A stretch of 64,000 nucleotides of DNA, taken from the IMG/VR virus record IMGVR_UViG_3300037565_000048, positions 5,201-69,200 of that record. One strand, written 5' to 3'. A model generated the notes under the pieces. It ran no database searches, was not told where the DNA came from, and worked only from the letters and a program-made list of their open reading frames with translations. Within the stretch, counting starts at the first letter, position 1. Each line of letters begins with the position of its first letter. The position numbers and the translations under genes were made by a program. The DNA is from a virus (Duplodnaviria; Caudoviricetes). This document shows, in pieces, positions 28,301 to 38,457 of the stretch.

Positions 28301-28737
28301 AAACGCTGAATACCCTCTACGTTGTTCAAGTAGCTGTCAAAGAAACCTTGAGTCCAATAAAGGATACCGTCACGAATGTCAGCATCAATCGGGATGCGCT
28401 CGTACAAGATAAGTGGAGGCCCCTGAAGAATGAGTTGAGAGGTTCCGATCTCTTTGTAGAAAACCCAAATCTGATGATCACCTAAGCTGTTGAAGTTGAA
28501 GTAAACCATCGCTCTTCGCTCCGGCCATTCAATTGCCTTTAGTGTGCGGTTGTTGCCCGCTGGAAGATCGACGTTTTCTTTCAGTTCGTTCCCTGGTGCT
28601 AAATAAAAGTGACCTTTGCCGTTACTCCAATCGTTGAGGTATAGGTTCCGCGCAAATTCATAGTCTCCCTTTGGGGTTCTGCGCTCAAGATCATCTTGAT
28701 TCATTCCCCCATTGAACTCGATGTATATCTTCTCCAT
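25315..28737 (-). CDS. tail stabilisation/nozzle (muzzle) protein, crAss-like or P22 gp10-like
   Basis: 1140 aa; starts EFNGGMNQDD, contains FQFIVQYIYDDGEESRWSPIS; position after the ring proteins. Confidence 0.7.
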   Translation of the reverse strand: MEKIYIEFNGGMNQDDLERRTPKGDYEFARNLYLNDWSNGKGHFYLAPGNELKENVDLPAGNNRTLKAIEWPERRAMVYFNFNSLGDHQIWVFYKEIGTSQLILQGPPLILYERIPIDADIRDGILYWTQGFFDSYLNNVEGIQRFSPPRKINLQKAIDFQNSSGGYPSIDWQTIEAAKYPYALSPSCQYLTNLSRSANMLKGRLFQFIVQYIYDDGEESRWSPISRLPFPQESETMGGNFSTQPSKDNVIRLSINTGHHTVRKIRVAVREGNDGAWGIFREIDKDIEGIADEVNQFVFFWNDEQQKPIEVSDQNYDLIPQIAKSQEILHNNELVYFNIVEGYDRFEPQMEASYKIQEIDNGALGQTIHELLFDVEQIFSGGIPDTLKITLNPNTMGTESFIPEGTAITITWTFGGNTETGTFITSQDYVGPGGLNQFFVDWRIYLNGLGHSVNYTTLPDPALQLDDPVLDENFTITVEQPNKRYQSWKTGCVHPVGIQYYDAAMRDGTVITNSDCRVEIKSQTEQDLAVLDDPTATYKTVLQILVSHQPPAWARYYKIVYGGNRTMLNVQQRSVVKAQIDSLTPGRVKLSLEREYRDNYAGVTYNKEIQVGDQVRILTKTSPVAFDSPERVETNQLFNVLQYELEAGENQGEAIWVEAFDFEQLCGGNEAFLIEIFTPKKQSDQDVIWFEISDTYNVQDPHTPNRAHVGQTPGNDVLIDVEGGDCYIRRRQMGSGFTADPYQTLSWYIEDFHYSDLYSSQYFDKGRPAIQDVTSERKELTNSGRASRKFIDETNVNGFSRFDTGRIVNLPPDYGQVTRVIEVGFTLKVICEQKVYSIYVDRQESFSGEEASLQYIQSTFGTVRPHEENWGSRFHQSIIKVDRALYYYDSNNRIFVECLSNGQRVISGGEYKMDKYFKEEVGSLDSDSDPFALTQFDGHRNKLRFTSSNNAFLSSTNLQTIVFDLEKRRWETTLDGYPTAETQIGDTLYTFANGEVYDNDQGLTMYGIERLYMLVWNLNHFFPNSVTLHGIEVLTNVNPGTLSLATVEGFGNMPGGHGTYVLPNFWKTYERKWASAIYGSTEDYYDNIAFPLSRVFNGDDIRGEVFRMQMDNFTFPPIVGLSDNKREIGGIIIHYLPSPQ

Positions 28738-28739
28738 TG

Positions 28740-29489
28740 CTACACTATTTTGAACTCGGACGTGGCGTATATCACGTCTGCAAATTCCTCAAGTGTAAAC
28801 ATATTCTTTTGAACCGTTCCTTCCGTGAAGTACTCGGAGAACTTTTGATACTCTCGTTGTGCAATGCGCTCGTAACCTGGCTGGTATTCGTAGAATTTCC
28901 AAGTGATGTAATACCGCATTGCGTCAACAAACATAGGTGGCACTATCGTCTGTGAGTTGACTTCGCCTTGACTTTGGTACTCTATCACGATTTCCTTTCC
29001 GGAAAACACTTGATCGAATATCAGTTGATTGTGGTTCTCATCGTCTCTGTAGTACCCGGCTGTATTGATACCACCTCCAATCATGTAGAGTGCTGGTATT
29101 TCATATCCGCCAAAAAGAGTGCCTTGATAGAGGTGAGGAACCAATGAGTAACGAACACCTTGTCTTTCTGCTTCCTCCGTACTTCCGCAAACTTGTGGGG
29201 TCTTGAGACAGATATCGTTGTTCAAGGTGAGTGTATAAATCTTACCCTTATCGCAAAACCCAATTTTGGTGTACCGGATATAGTCTGCAGGATAGTGGAT
29301 GATGCCGGTGCTATCCAATTTTTCACGGTGCACCTTCACGCTTGGCGCTCCGCGAAGTTTGAGTTCGTGATACCAACACTCAAACGCAAACTGCTCAAGA
29401 CGTTCGTAGTGTTTTTGGTCAGAGTAGCCCAAGCGGTTCAGTACGCTCAAGACAACCCATCGTACATTATGAACGGCTGGCTGCTTCAT
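28740..29489 (-). CDS. tail ring/adaptor protein
   Basis: IIHYPADYIRYTKIG motif and IVPPMFVDAMRYYI segment typical of crAss-like ring proteins. Confidence 0.6.
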   Translation of the reverse strand: MKQPAVHNVRWVVLSVLNRLGYSDQKHYERLEQFAFECWYHELKLRGAPSVKVHREKLDSTGIIHYPADYIRYTKIGFCDKGKIYTLTLNNDICLKTPQVCGSTEEAERQGVRYSLVPHLYQGTLFGGYEIPALYMIGGGINTAGYYRDDENHNQLIFDQVFSGKEIVIEYQSQGEVNSQTIVPPMFVDAMRYYITWKFYEYQPGYERIAQREYQKFSEYFTEGTVQKNMFTLEEFADVIYATSEFKIV

Positions 29490-30075
29490 TATCCGGGATT
29501 TGTTGGTTCACTTGATCCATGAGTTTTGAGTCCGATCTTGCAAATATCTGTTGAACCTTGTCAAATACAAAAAGGTGCTGATCACCAAACACAAAATCGT
29601 CTTCGTCGTTGTACTCGTCAAATGACGGAATCATTGATATGTAGACCTCTTCAAAAGTCACCGGGTTCACAAAGTACCACTTGTCATTCATTGGGTACAC
29701 ACCGTTTCGCATATTGCTTCCTTTGAGCTCACTCATCATGTTCATTGCTGGAACAGATGGGTGAATACTAAAGGCCGGATCTCCAATTCCACAACTCACA
29801 AGAACAAGCGACTCCGGACCACTCAATGGTTCATACGGAAGACTGAAGTAGCTTTTGTTTTGAGTGTTGACTACCGGTGTAAACTCGTTTTTGGCAATCA
29901 AGTAGTTCTTGATGTTGTCGGCTCCGTGTCTCTCATCAATACTGCTGATGTCTTGAACGGCCAAACCAATCGCATACTCAATTATTGAAGTAGGATACTT
30001 CTTTTTGCTTTCATCCACAGTCAAACCACCCGATAGCTGGTGTTGACAAAACTCTACAAATTCCTGCTTGTTCAT
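29467..30075 (-). CDS. tail ring/adaptor protein
   Basis: Position in the structural module; 202 aa. Confidence 0.5.
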   Translation of the reverse strand: MNKQEFVEFCQHQLSGGLTVDESKKKYPTSIIEYAIGLAVQDISSIDERHGADNIKNYLIAKNEFTPVVNTQNKSYFSLPYEPLSGPESLVLVSCGIGDPAFSIHPSVPAMNMMSELKGSNMRNGVYPMNDKWYFVNPVTFEEVYISMIPSFDEYNDEDDFVFGDQHLFVFDKVQQIFARSDSKLMDQVNQQIPDNEAASRS

Positions 30076-30797
30076 TGCTCTTTGGTGGTTTGCATACGTG
30101 GATCACTCAATCGTCGCATTGCTCGGTTCAGACAAGCTTCTGCAAATCTTGTGTGAACTTGCTCCGGCCACTCAAGTTCAACCGTTCTACTTGGTGTTCC
30201 TGCTGTTAATACGCTGCCGTCGTGTACTTCTCCTGCCGGTAGAAACTCCACTCTTGGTGACGAGAACTGATCGAGAACGATGTAATCCAATACCGGTGTC
30301 ACCGGTTTCTTCAAGTAAGTAATCGACGCTAAAGAAAACCCTTCCGGAAGCACACGTATCTTGTTGTTCTGAACCGTAGCTACCGGTTCCTTGTATGTTG
30401 GTGCCAAAAGGCGAGAACCGCGTCTGACGTTGAACTGATCGTCTGTGAGGATTTCACAGTCATGCCAAATTCTTTGAACCTTGTCGCCACAGTCACCGTC
30501 GGTTTGCACAATCTGAAGAAGGCGTAAAGAACTAAGGTGGAAATAGTCTTCCTCGAAATCAATGTAGCCATTGACAACCGGTACTTCTTGATTGTCTCCG
30601 TCTCCAAGCGTAACCACAAGAGGGCGTAAGTTGTCCGTGATTTCTTGAGTGCGTTCGTATTTGTCGTACTCCGTGTTAAAGAACTCAAGATTTACCGCCT
30701 CCAAAATCCGATTGAACACTTCCGGACGAACGTACCCACCGCTGAAGTCTTTAAGCATTTGCTCGACGACATAGTACCAAATTTGCCCTACTGTCAT
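30072..30797 (-). CDS. tail ring/head-tail connector protein
   Basis: VDFEEDYFHL, ITYLKKPVTP and VELEWPEQVH motifs as in crAss-like ring proteins. Confidence 0.6.
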   Translation of the reverse strand: MTVGQIWYYVVEQMLKDFSGGYVRPEVFNRILEAVNLEFFNTEYDKYERTQEITDNLRPLVVTLGDGDNQEVPVVNGYIDFEEDYFHLSSLRLLQIVQTDGDCGDKVQRIWHDCEILTDDQFNVRRGSRLLAPTYKEPVATVQNNKIRVLPEGFSLASITYLKKPVTPVLDYIVLDQFSSPRVEFLPAGEVHDGSVLTAGTPSRTVELEWPEQVHTRFAEACLNRAMRRLSDPRMQTTKEQ

Positions 30798-32548
30798 ACT
30801 ACAAAGGTTTTCTGTCTATGGTACTTAGCGACGTATCCTGCAATTTGAGAAGCAACACCGTTTTCTGTTGAAAGGTTCACGCCAACTACTTGATCAAATG
30901 CAATCGCACCACTCGCGGTGAATGTTGCTACAGATTGAATCAAACCACTAGATGTGATTGCTGTCATCATCACAGTCCAATCATTGTTCGACTTGAAGAT
31001 GTAAACTCTGACGTTTGCTGTTGTTGCTGAAGACAATCCAAGCGTTGTCCGGTTGCTTGAGTTGTTCAAATCAATGTAGATGTCTCCGGCACTAGACTCA
31101 CGAATGTTGAACTCGATTTCAACCCCTTCAAAGTTCTCGGTAATTGCGTTCGCTGGAATTTGAAAAGACGGAGCATTGGTTCCATTTGTGACTGTTCCGT
31201 TAAGCAACACCAAGTCGCCTTGAGGTTTCTGCCATCCCGGTAAATTGTTACTGCCATCATTCTCAACCGTAAACACTTCATTCAGCTTACCTATCGGTAG
31301 TCTGGCGTCTTCGTTGGCCGTGTTTCTGTAGTACAGATCACCTTCAGTTGTCAAGGGAGTCTGCCACCCAGCCAAAATTGAATCGACAAGTTGAGTACCA
31401 ACTACCAATTGTGGTTCTTCGTTGGCCGTTTCAATGTCACATCCGCATCCATAACGGTTGGCAATGTCAATGATTTTGCGCGCATAGTTGTCGGCTAAAG
31501 ATACCTCACCCTTCGACTCAAATAGCTTCATCAACAAGAAGCTGGTGTTGATTTCCGTCAAAGCGCATTGGTAAGGATTTCTGTTCGCTTGTGATTGACA
31601 ACTCTTCTCGTATGCTGTCAAGATATTTGCAATGCAATGTCTCGCAACGTAGATCGGAAGAGAACACTTGACAGTAATGTTTTTGGTGACTGTAGATACC
31701 CAATTCACTACAAGTCCGTCAGCTTGAGTGTGGTTTCCAATCAAGTCAATGCTTACCGTGTATCCACCGGTGTATAACTCTGGAACAACGACTGTAGCAT
31801 TTTGATTAACGTCGTTCTTGATGATGTCTTCAGCTACTTCATTGCCATTACTGTTTCGTGGCAATTGAATAGTGTGCGTTCTTGACGTCAGATTGTATCC
31901 GCTGTAATTGGTCAAGTCCTTGCTCATAAACTTTCCGCTGAAACAATCGAAACTTGGCTCAAGAACTACTTTCGGTCCATCATCTTCGTAACAGTAGGTG
32001 AACAGCTTGCTTACGCTTGCTTTGAAGATTACAGACGCTCCTTGATCGGTGGTCAAGTCGGTGCTCACAGTCGCAAGTGTCACCATGGCATCGCTGTCGT
32101 ATTGTACTTCTGTCACCGTGTAAGATCCGTTATCATCCGCGTTGTCGGCACCGGTTATTACGACCGTGTCTCCAACGGAAATCTTTGCCGTTTGATCCCC
32201 GATTACTCGAACGTGGTTTGGTGACGACAAAAGAGAAGCGTTTGCCACTTCATACTGCTTGTGAACTGTGTAGTTGATTTTGTACGTTCCCTTCAGAGGA
32301 ATCGAGTTGATTGTGTCTACGGGTAAATCGTACAATGCGCTCACCAATGAGTTTGGGATGTCAATGAACGGACTTGAAATGTCGTTCTCAATCACAACTT
32401 GACCGTTTGGCAAGGTTATTTCTGCGGATCCGTACAGCACAGAAGTATCAACTCCTGCCGTCGCGTAGTCAGTCTGATCTTCTACTTGGTACTTCTTCGT
32501 ACTCAAGGTGAAGGTAGTCTGAATCAAGATGTCGTTTGCGGTAATCAT
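30794..32548 (-). CDS. structural protein (crAss gene-74-like, with an appended fibre-like C-terminal domain)
   Basis: Follows the MCP and gene-75-like ORF; central ...ARKIIDIANRYGCGC motif; beta-rich C-terminus. Confidence 0.5.
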   Translation of the reverse strand: MITANDILIQTTFTLSTKKYQVEDQTDYATAGVDTSVLYGSAEITLPNGQVVIENDISSPFIDIPNSLVSALYDLPVDTINSIPLKGTYKINYTVHKQYEVANASLLSSPNHVRVIGDQTAKISVGDTVVITGADNADDNGSYTVTEVQYDSDAMVTLATVSTDLTTDQGASVIFKASVSKLFTYCYEDDGPKVVLEPSFDCFSGKFMSKDLTNYSGYNLTSRTHTIQLPRNSNGNEVAEDIIKNDVNQNATVVVPELYTGGYTVSIDLIGNHTQADGLVVNWVSTVTKNITVKCSLPIYVARHCIANILTAYEKSCQSQANRNPYQCALTEINTSFLLMKLFESKGEVSLADNYARKIIDIANRYGCGCDIETANEEPQLVVGTQLVDSILAGWQTPLTTEGDLYYRNTANEDARLPIGKLNEVFTVENDGSNNLPGWQKPQGDLVLLNGTVTNGTNAPSFQIPANAITENFEGVEIEFNIRESSAGDIYIDLNNSSNRTTLGLSSATTANVRVYIFKSNNDWTVMMTAITSSGLIQSVATFTASGAIAFDQVVGVNLSTENGVASQIAGYVAKYHRQKTFVV

Positions 32549-32559
32549 ATCGTAAAAAT

Positions 32560-32584
32560 AAAAAAGGGAGCCGAATCGACTCCC
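32560..32584 (-). terminator. intrinsic terminator
   Basis: Minus strand GGGAGTCG-ATT-CGGCTCCC-TTTTTT. Confidence 0.75.
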
Positions 32585-32606
32585 TTCTATGTTGGTGTTT
32601 ACTCAC

Positions 32607-33521
32607 TTAGGACTGTTCAAGACGCGCCTCAAGTTCTGCCTTGAGCTCTTCGTCACCCGCAAGGGTGCGCCCAAGTCGAACAATTGGTGTTTCGTCTTTA
32701 CCTACTCCGGTAATGTGCTGTGACTCCTGCTCTCCCTCTCCTGGGATAACCCAATTGTTGTTCTCAAGAACCACAATCTTCTTGTCAACAAGCTTTGTGC
32801 ACAATGCCTTGATTTGAGAAAGATGGCTGTCCTGGTCGTGCAAGTGCTGGTTCACTTCCTCGCTGAACTTCTTATCATGCGTCAAACGGTTGGCCATATC
32901 ACGACGCAACACAGACTCTTGGATGTTGTCGGCTCCGGAAATCAAGCACTTGTAAGCAAGTTCTCGGAGTTCCGCTTCCGGCAATTCCTCGCTGTCGAGG
33001 ATCTTCGATTTGAGTCGTGAAACAAACAAATCGCGCTCGTTCTCTGTCATCGCCTCTTGGTCCGGACGGTAGAAACTCAGACGTGCGTTTCCGCTGGTAA
33101 TTGGGTTTGCATTGTTCTTGATGTCGTTTGAAACAAACCACAAGAACCAAAGCATTTCCAATTCGTCACTTCCAATCGTGCGACCTTTAGTGATTTCAAA
33201 CTTGCGGTCTTTAGCCACAAGGCGACCATCTTTCGACTCGTATTTGTCGGTTACTTCAACCGTTACCAATACTTCTGTCACCGGGTGAAGGACCTTTGAT
33301 TTACGAGGGATCATGCGTCGCTCCGGCCCCTGCTTGATTTGCCGTCTTGTCCGCGGATCTGTTCCGATACGGAAAAGAGACTCATCAAACTTGAATCCGA
33401 TTTTGCGACCGCCTTTGAATACTTCCGGAAGGGCCTCTTTCAATTCTTTCTTTGACCACTTTCCTAGTTTTGCCCGATTATCTTCTGGGATATCGAACTT
33501 TTCTCCGTCAATTAGGATCAT
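32607..33521 (-). CDS. conserved capsid-module protein (crAss gene-75-like)
   Basis: Immediately downstream of the MCP; likely ATG start MILIDGEK. Confidence 0.55.
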   Translation of the reverse strand: MILIDGEKFDIPEDNRAKLGKWSKKELKEALPEVFKGGRKIGFKFDESLFRIGTDPRTRRQIKQGPERRMIPRKSKVLHPVTEVLVTVEVTDKYESKDGRLVAKDRKFEITKGRTIGSDELEMLWFLWFVSNDIKNNANPITSGNARLSFYRPDQEAMTENERDLFVSRLKSKILDSEELPEAELRELAYKCLISGADNIQESVLRRDMANRLTHDKKFSEEVNQHLHDQDSHLSQIKALCTKLVDKKIVVLENNNWVIPGEGEQESQHITGVGKDETPIVRLGRTLAGDEELKAELEARLEQS

Positions 33522-33591
33522 ACTGCTGTTGTTGTAACCCCCCTCTCTACTCAAGAGTAAAGAAGGGGGTTTGGTTATTTTTCAACTAAGA

Positions 33592-34938
33592 TTACCCAGT
33601 AACCATAGCCCATTGCTGGGTTTTACGGTACTCGAATCCAACGTGTGAACGGTAGTAAAGGAGACTCTGATCGAGGTCTCCGATCTTCATTCCTGGGTGT
33701 CCTGCTCCATCCGGCCATACTTCAAGCATACGGTTGTATGCTCCAAGTTGCTTGTGGCGCATACCGAAGTACGATGCCAGCTTGTTTTCACCGTCTGTGG
33801 TTTTGTTACCTGGAATAAAGATTGCGTAGTCTTGGAACGCTTCACCCGAAACACCGGTGTTGTAGATGTTCGGCTGATCAAGCGAACGCAAGTTGCTAAT
33901 CTTGAATGTACGACCACTCAAAGACAACGCTTGGTAATCGTGAAGAACCTCGAATTTCTCGTCGGCACCAAGACCGTACATATCGTGGTTGATCTTACGA
34001 ATAGCGTTGTTGATGTTCGTATTTGAAAGCAACGTCTGCATTTGGCTTTGGAACTCATTGTACTTTCCTGCTGCCAGGTAGCCACAAATCATGTCCGGTG
34101 CGTGAACTTTACGGAGGTACGCGTCAATGGCGTAGAATCCGTCAATGTCAAGCACGTCTGATCCAAGGTTTCCGTCTGAATCAAGAGCAACATTGATCAT
34201 ACCTTTAGTGGTATTTTCCTCAAGGTTGTCGTTCTCTTGACCAATCATCAAAGCACCGTCAATTTTGAGGTACTGGCGGAACTCTCCGGCAAGCTGTGCA
34301 AGACTGAAGTAACTTGGCGTCGGTTTACCATCTTCAGTAACCTCAAACCAAACTTGATCAGTAAGTACAGTACCGGTGGCTGCAACTGTTTCCTTTACGA
34401 TCTGTGTAAACATTTCGTACTTCACAGTCTTTGGCGTAGCTGCCTCTGGCTGACCAGTTCCTTCCGGGAACGATGATGAGTAAATCACCCACACGTCATC
34501 ATCCAATTGAGCACCCAAGTTGACTGATGAGCTCAATGGACGAAGGGTAAGGGTGACTGTACCGCCCGACTCTGACTTGTCAACGATTTTCGCGTAGACT
34601 GGTGTTGCCCCTGGTTTGAAAACCAAGTCACCTACTCGTGCGTAAACCTTTGCGTTGTCTGTGTACGCTGCGGTCACGTCAACATCCAAGTCGTTTCCGG
34701 CTCCTGCTGCTGCTACTGCAGCAACCGCAAAACGGTCGTGGAATCGTGCTGTTTCTGTCACAAAATAGCTTTCACCGGCTACCGGTCGAACAAAGCCAAG
34801 TTGGAGAAGTTCTTGGAAGAAGGTTGCTCCCTCATCCGCGTATGGTCGCATAAGCTCGTTGAGCTCCTGCGGTTTCAAAACATTAAGCCCCGCAACGATG
34901 TTGTTTGTCGTTACGTTGGCTATCGAAGTTGGTGTCAT
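33592..34938 (-). CDS. major capsid protein (crAss-like, HK97 fold)
   Basis: 448 aa after portal and scaffold; SSSFPEGTGQP...YEMFTQIVKET motif. Confidence 0.85.
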   Translation of the reverse strand: MTPTSIANVTTNNIVAGLNVLKPQELNELMRPYADEGATFFQELLQLGFVRPVAGESYFVTETARFHDRFAVAAVAAAGAGNDLDVDVTAAYTDNAKVYARVGDLVFKPGATPVYAKIVDKSESGGTVTLTLRPLSSSVNLGAQLDDDVWVIYSSSFPEGTGQPEAATPKTVKYEMFTQIVKETVAATGTVLTDQVWFEVTEDGKPTPSYFSLAQLAGEFRQYLKIDGALMIGQENDNLEENTTKGMINVALDSDGNLGSDVLDIDGFYAIDAYLRKVHAPDMICGYLAAGKYNEFQSQMQTLLSNTNINNAIRKINHDMYGLGADEKFEVLHDYQALSLSGRTFKISNLRSLDQPNIYNTGVSGEAFQDYAIFIPGNKTTDGENKLASYFGMRHKQLGAYNRMLEVWPDGAGHPGMKIGDLDQSLLYYRSHVGFEYRKTQQWAMVTG

Positions 34939-34955
34939 TTTACTTTAGGAATGTG

Positions 34956-36152
34956 TCACGACTTCATTTCTCTTTCTTGGTATTCCTTCAGTACTTCAAA
35001 ATTTGTTCTCTGTTGGCCACCGCCACCACCTTGAGCACCGCGACGCGGTGGATTTGGGTTGTGGAGTTCTTGGTCAATCTGTTCAGCTACTTTCGAGCGT
35101 ACTGATGTAAGGATTTTTGGCAGATTAGCTGTCACGTAGTTGTTCTTGATGATAGCTTTGATGGCTTGTTGGCCTTTCTCGTTATTCTCAAGATTGTACT
35201 GCGCGATAATCTGCTTCAAAGAATCTGATTGTTTCTCCACGAACTCCGGCTCCACTTCCATTTCAACGAAATCGTTTTCGCCTTCACCGTATTGAAACTT
35301 CATTTTCTCTGGTCGAAGCTGCATCAGACGCAAGTCCTCATTCCAGCTACCCAAGAGCGCATCGCGCTTTTCCTGCTGTTCTTTTTGGATTTGCTTTTGC
35401 AGTTCCGTTTGGTCTCCGCCAACTTCAATCTTTGACGAAATCTCCGTCATTTTTGACCTGGCGTTTTCCGCTTCGATTTGCATCAAAGCATCATTCTTGT
35501 ATGATGGTTTTCCATCTTCATCTTCTTCGTATCCGTACTGTTGACGAATGGCATTTCTCAAGACTTCATCTGATTTCTTGCTGCCACTCAAACGCATATT
35601 CAGAATCAATGCGTCTTCGTCAGACAAGTTGTTCAACTGCTCTGTGTCAACGATACGGCTTGCAGTCTGAAAATCAATACCGTGCTCTTTCACGGCAGCG
35701 TTGATTTTCGCAATGCTTTCGTTTGCAAATGGATTTACAGATGTGGTTGCAAGTGACTCAAGTTGCTGGACTCGGTTCTGTAATTCTCGTGCTGCTTTTC
35801 TTTGCTCAAGAATTGTCTCCGGTGTAACTGAATCATCACCTAACTGACTGCGAAGCCAATTAAGCGGATTTGGGTCGGCCCCACCACCTAGTTCTCCACC
35901 TCCGGTTCCACCACCATTCGGGTCGGAACCACCACCTGGTTCTCCACCTCCGGTTCCACCACCATTCGGGTCGGAACCACCACCTGGTTCTCCACCTCCG
36001 GTTCCACCATTTGGTTCTCCACCTCCGGCTGCTGATCCTTTGAAGACAATGCTGCCTTCTTCTTGCATTTTTGCAACTTCATCTTTGCCAAGCCCATGCT
36101 TAGCAAATTCCGTGATACTCTCAATTACGAGTGGATTGTCTTTTGTGTACAT
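34956..36152 (-). CDS. putative capsid scaffolding protein
   Basis: Between portal and MCP; acidic and helical with a Gly-rich N-terminal repeat. Confidence 0.65.
   Translation of the reverse strand: MYTKDNPLVIESITEFAKHGLGKDEVAKMQEEGSIVFKGSAAGGGEPNGGTGGGEPGGGSDPNGGGTGGGEPGGGSDPNGGGTGGGELGGGADPNPLNWLRSQLGDDSVTPETILEQRKAARELQNRVQQLESLATTSVNPFANESIAKINAAVKEHGIDFQTASRIVDTEQLNNLSDEDALILNMRLSGSKKSDEVLRNAIRQQYGYEEDEDGKPSYKNDALMQIEAENARSKMTEISSKIEVGGDQTELQKQIQKEQQEKRDALLGSWNEDLRLMQLRPEKMKFQYGEGENDFVEMEVEPEFVEKQSDSLKQIIAQYNLENNEKGQQAIKAIIKNNYVTANLPKILTSVRSKVAEQIDQELHNPNPPRRGAQGGGGGQQRTNFEVLKEYQEREMKS
35872..36028. repeat. 48-bp tandem repeat encoding EPGGGSDPNGGGTGGG
   Basis: gttctccacctccgg recurs at 35891, 35939 and 35987, with a partial copy at ~36014. 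Confidence 0.95.
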
Positions 36153-36165
36153 ATTGCGAATATAA

Positions 36166-38457
36166 TTAAACTCTTCCGCTTATCTCTGTTCCCTTCTGAA
36201 CCTCAATAGAACCCTCTTTTTCAAGCTGTCGCATTATTGATTGGTGCTTCACTTCTTCAGTCTTGCGATCTTCCTCACCTTTTGCTTGAATCATCATCAA
36301 TTCCTTTTGCTTCTCTGCGTCAATTTCTTGAAGTTTCAATAGAGACTTTGCTTGCTCCGTCTTGCGCTCTTCTTCTTTCTGAAGAATAATGTTCTGTTTC
36401 TGCTTCTCTTCGAGCTCCTTCAGTTTCTTTTCTGTCCGGTAGGCCAAGAAAGACTCCGATTGCTTGATTTTGCCTTGATCAATCATTCGGCTGATCATAG
36501 TGTAATCAATGTACTCAATCAATGGCTGTCCGTTCTTACCAACCTTCAGCGCTTCTTCGGCAGCACGGTACATTCGGTTCTTTTGGTGTTGGTCCGGAGT
36601 CGCAACCATTTTGATACCGAGATCGTCAATAGAAACGTCCTTTACACTTATCAACGCTTGAACGCTGTTTTCTCCAATGATGTTGTAGTATCGTTTCTTG
36701 GTTTCGGGATCCAATGCTATCGCGGTAATTGCTCTTTTGACCGCAGCTTGAGTGACTTTCTCCTTCATTGAAGTCACCGACTCGTAAATCATCTTGAAGC
36801 TGTTGTTGGTCTGTTGCATAGCTATTTGAGCCGAGCCAAGAGTCATTTCTCCGCTTTGATCTGGACTTGCTGCTGCTACGTCTGTGAAACCGGTGGCTTC
36901 AAATATCCGTGCCATGTCATCAGCCCAGCACTTGCTCCACTCGTCAAGCTGTGGTCCGATACCACCGGCCAATTCTTTGATTGGCGTATTGTTAGCGTTG
37001 GCAATCTTGTTGTGGATGGTGTAAGAACGGTACGGTAGACTACCTAATTGACGGTAAATCCGGATTACCTCAATCGGCTTTACAACGCCATCACCAAGAC
37101 TGATGTTGTTCAAGGAGTTGATGTCGATTGCCAAACCTTTTGGTGCTGCTGCTGCTTTGGCTGACTGCAACTTCAAATGGCTTATCTGAAGACTGTCCAA
37201 GAATCCGGTGATGCGCTCTACTTTGCTGGCTCCGGGTATTTCAATGTAGTGATAGCTACATTGTACAGTGTCTTTTGTTGGGCGAACAATGTAGCTTGCT
37301 TTACCCCACTCAAGAAGAATCTCCGTGTCAATTACCCAACGGCCGGTGTAAAGCATTTGAGAATCGACAATCTTGGTCATTCTCTTCTCATTGTTCTTGG
37401 TCTTACCGAACGTGTCTTCGTGGTATAGGTAGGTGTTCTCTCCGTTTTTTCTTGAGGTCTTGTACTTGCGATCAACTGTGATGTACTCAAAGCAAAAGGT
37501 TTCAACCGTCAATCCCCAATAGTTAGGGCGGTTTTCATTCTCTTTATGCCTCATCCAATAGTTGATGTCAGCGTGACTTTTGTAGTTGCTGTGGCTCTTG
37601 ATAAGAGTCTTGATGTGCTTCTTGATGTAATCCGGGTGATAACCCTCGTCATACATAATGCTCTCGATTTCACCAAGAGTCAATTCTTCGCAGTGTCCAG
37701 CGTAAGGGATTTTACCGCTGGCTTCATCAACGTATCCGATGACGGACTTCTCAATGTCAATCCACTTTTCTTTGACTCTACCGGTGAACGGGTCAAAGTA
37801 TTCCTTCATAAACGTACACCCGATATCCCATAAATCACTCCGGAGTTTTCGGGCAATGCTTTTCCAATCGCTGAATTGATGGATGCTTTTCGCAAGTTCC
37901 TCAAGGGCAATTTCATGTCCAAGCTTGAAGCCACCAACCATTTCATACATTTCAATGTCAACGTAATCTTCAATCTGAAACTTTGGCCGGTCTGCAGGAA
38001 CACCGTTGTTCTTCTCCATCTTCTCCATCAACGGCATCATCTTACTCTTCAAGTATTCCCGGTACTTCTTCACTTGCTTTTTATCACGGCTTACCGGGTC
38101 AATGCTCTCTGCGTCGATTTCGTGATCAATTTCCTCAAGAAGACCTAGCATCAACTCCTTCAGCTTTGGCGCGATGCTGACGATACTGTAATCAACTTTG
38201 TGTTTGGCTTTTCTCAAGAACTCATTGACTCCACCTTCCTTGAGGTTAAACGCTTCTGCGATGTACGGTGTAATCGGCTGTCGCCCTGCGCTGTATGCGC
38301 GAAGAGTTCTGATTTGGGCTTTGCGACTTTGACCAATAACAGTCTTCTCATCAAGATACTGCGACCAAATTGCTTTCGCTACTTTTAAGCCCCATTGCGC
38401 ATCCTTTTTAGATGGATCAATGAAGTCGTCCGGAAAATTGTTGATTGATCGAGTCAT
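36166..38457 (-). CDS. portal protein
   Basis: 763 aa directly after TerL; helical C-terminal coiled coil; crAss-like order. Confidence 0.85.
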   Translation of the reverse strand: MTRSINNFPDDFIDPSKKDAQWGLKVAKAIWSQYLDEKTVIGQSRKAQIRTLRAYSAGRQPITPYIAEAFNLKEGGVNEFLRKAKHKVDYSIVSIAPKLKELMLGLLEEIDHEIDAESIDPVSRDKKQVKKYREYLKSKMMPLMEKMEKNNGVPADRPKFQIEDYVDIEMYEMVGGFKLGHEIALEELAKSIHQFSDWKSIARKLRSDLWDIGCTFMKEYFDPFTGRVKEKWIDIEKSVIGYVDEASGKIPYAGHCEELTLGEIESIMYDEGYHPDYIKKHIKTLIKSHSNYKSHADINYWMRHKENENRPNYWGLTVETFCFEYITVDRKYKTSRKNGENTYLYHEDTFGKTKNNEKRMTKIVDSQMLYTGRWVIDTEILLEWGKASYIVRPTKDTVQCSYHYIEIPGASKVERITGFLDSLQISHLKLQSAKAAAAPKGLAIDINSLNNISLGDGVVKPIEVIRIYRQLGSLPYRSYTIHNKIANANNTPIKELAGGIGPQLDEWSKCWADDMARIFEATGFTDVAAASPDQSGEMTLGSAQIAMQQTNNSFKMIYESVTSMKEKVTQAAVKRAITAIALDPETKKRYYNIIGENSVQALISVKDVSIDDLGIKMVATPDQHQKNRMYRAAEEALKVGKNGQPLIEYIDYTMISRMIDQGKIKQSESFLAYRTEKKLKELEEKQKQNIILQKEEERKTEQAKSLLKLQEIDAEKQKELMMIQAKGEEDRKTEEVKHQSIMRQLEKEGSIEVQKGTEISGRV

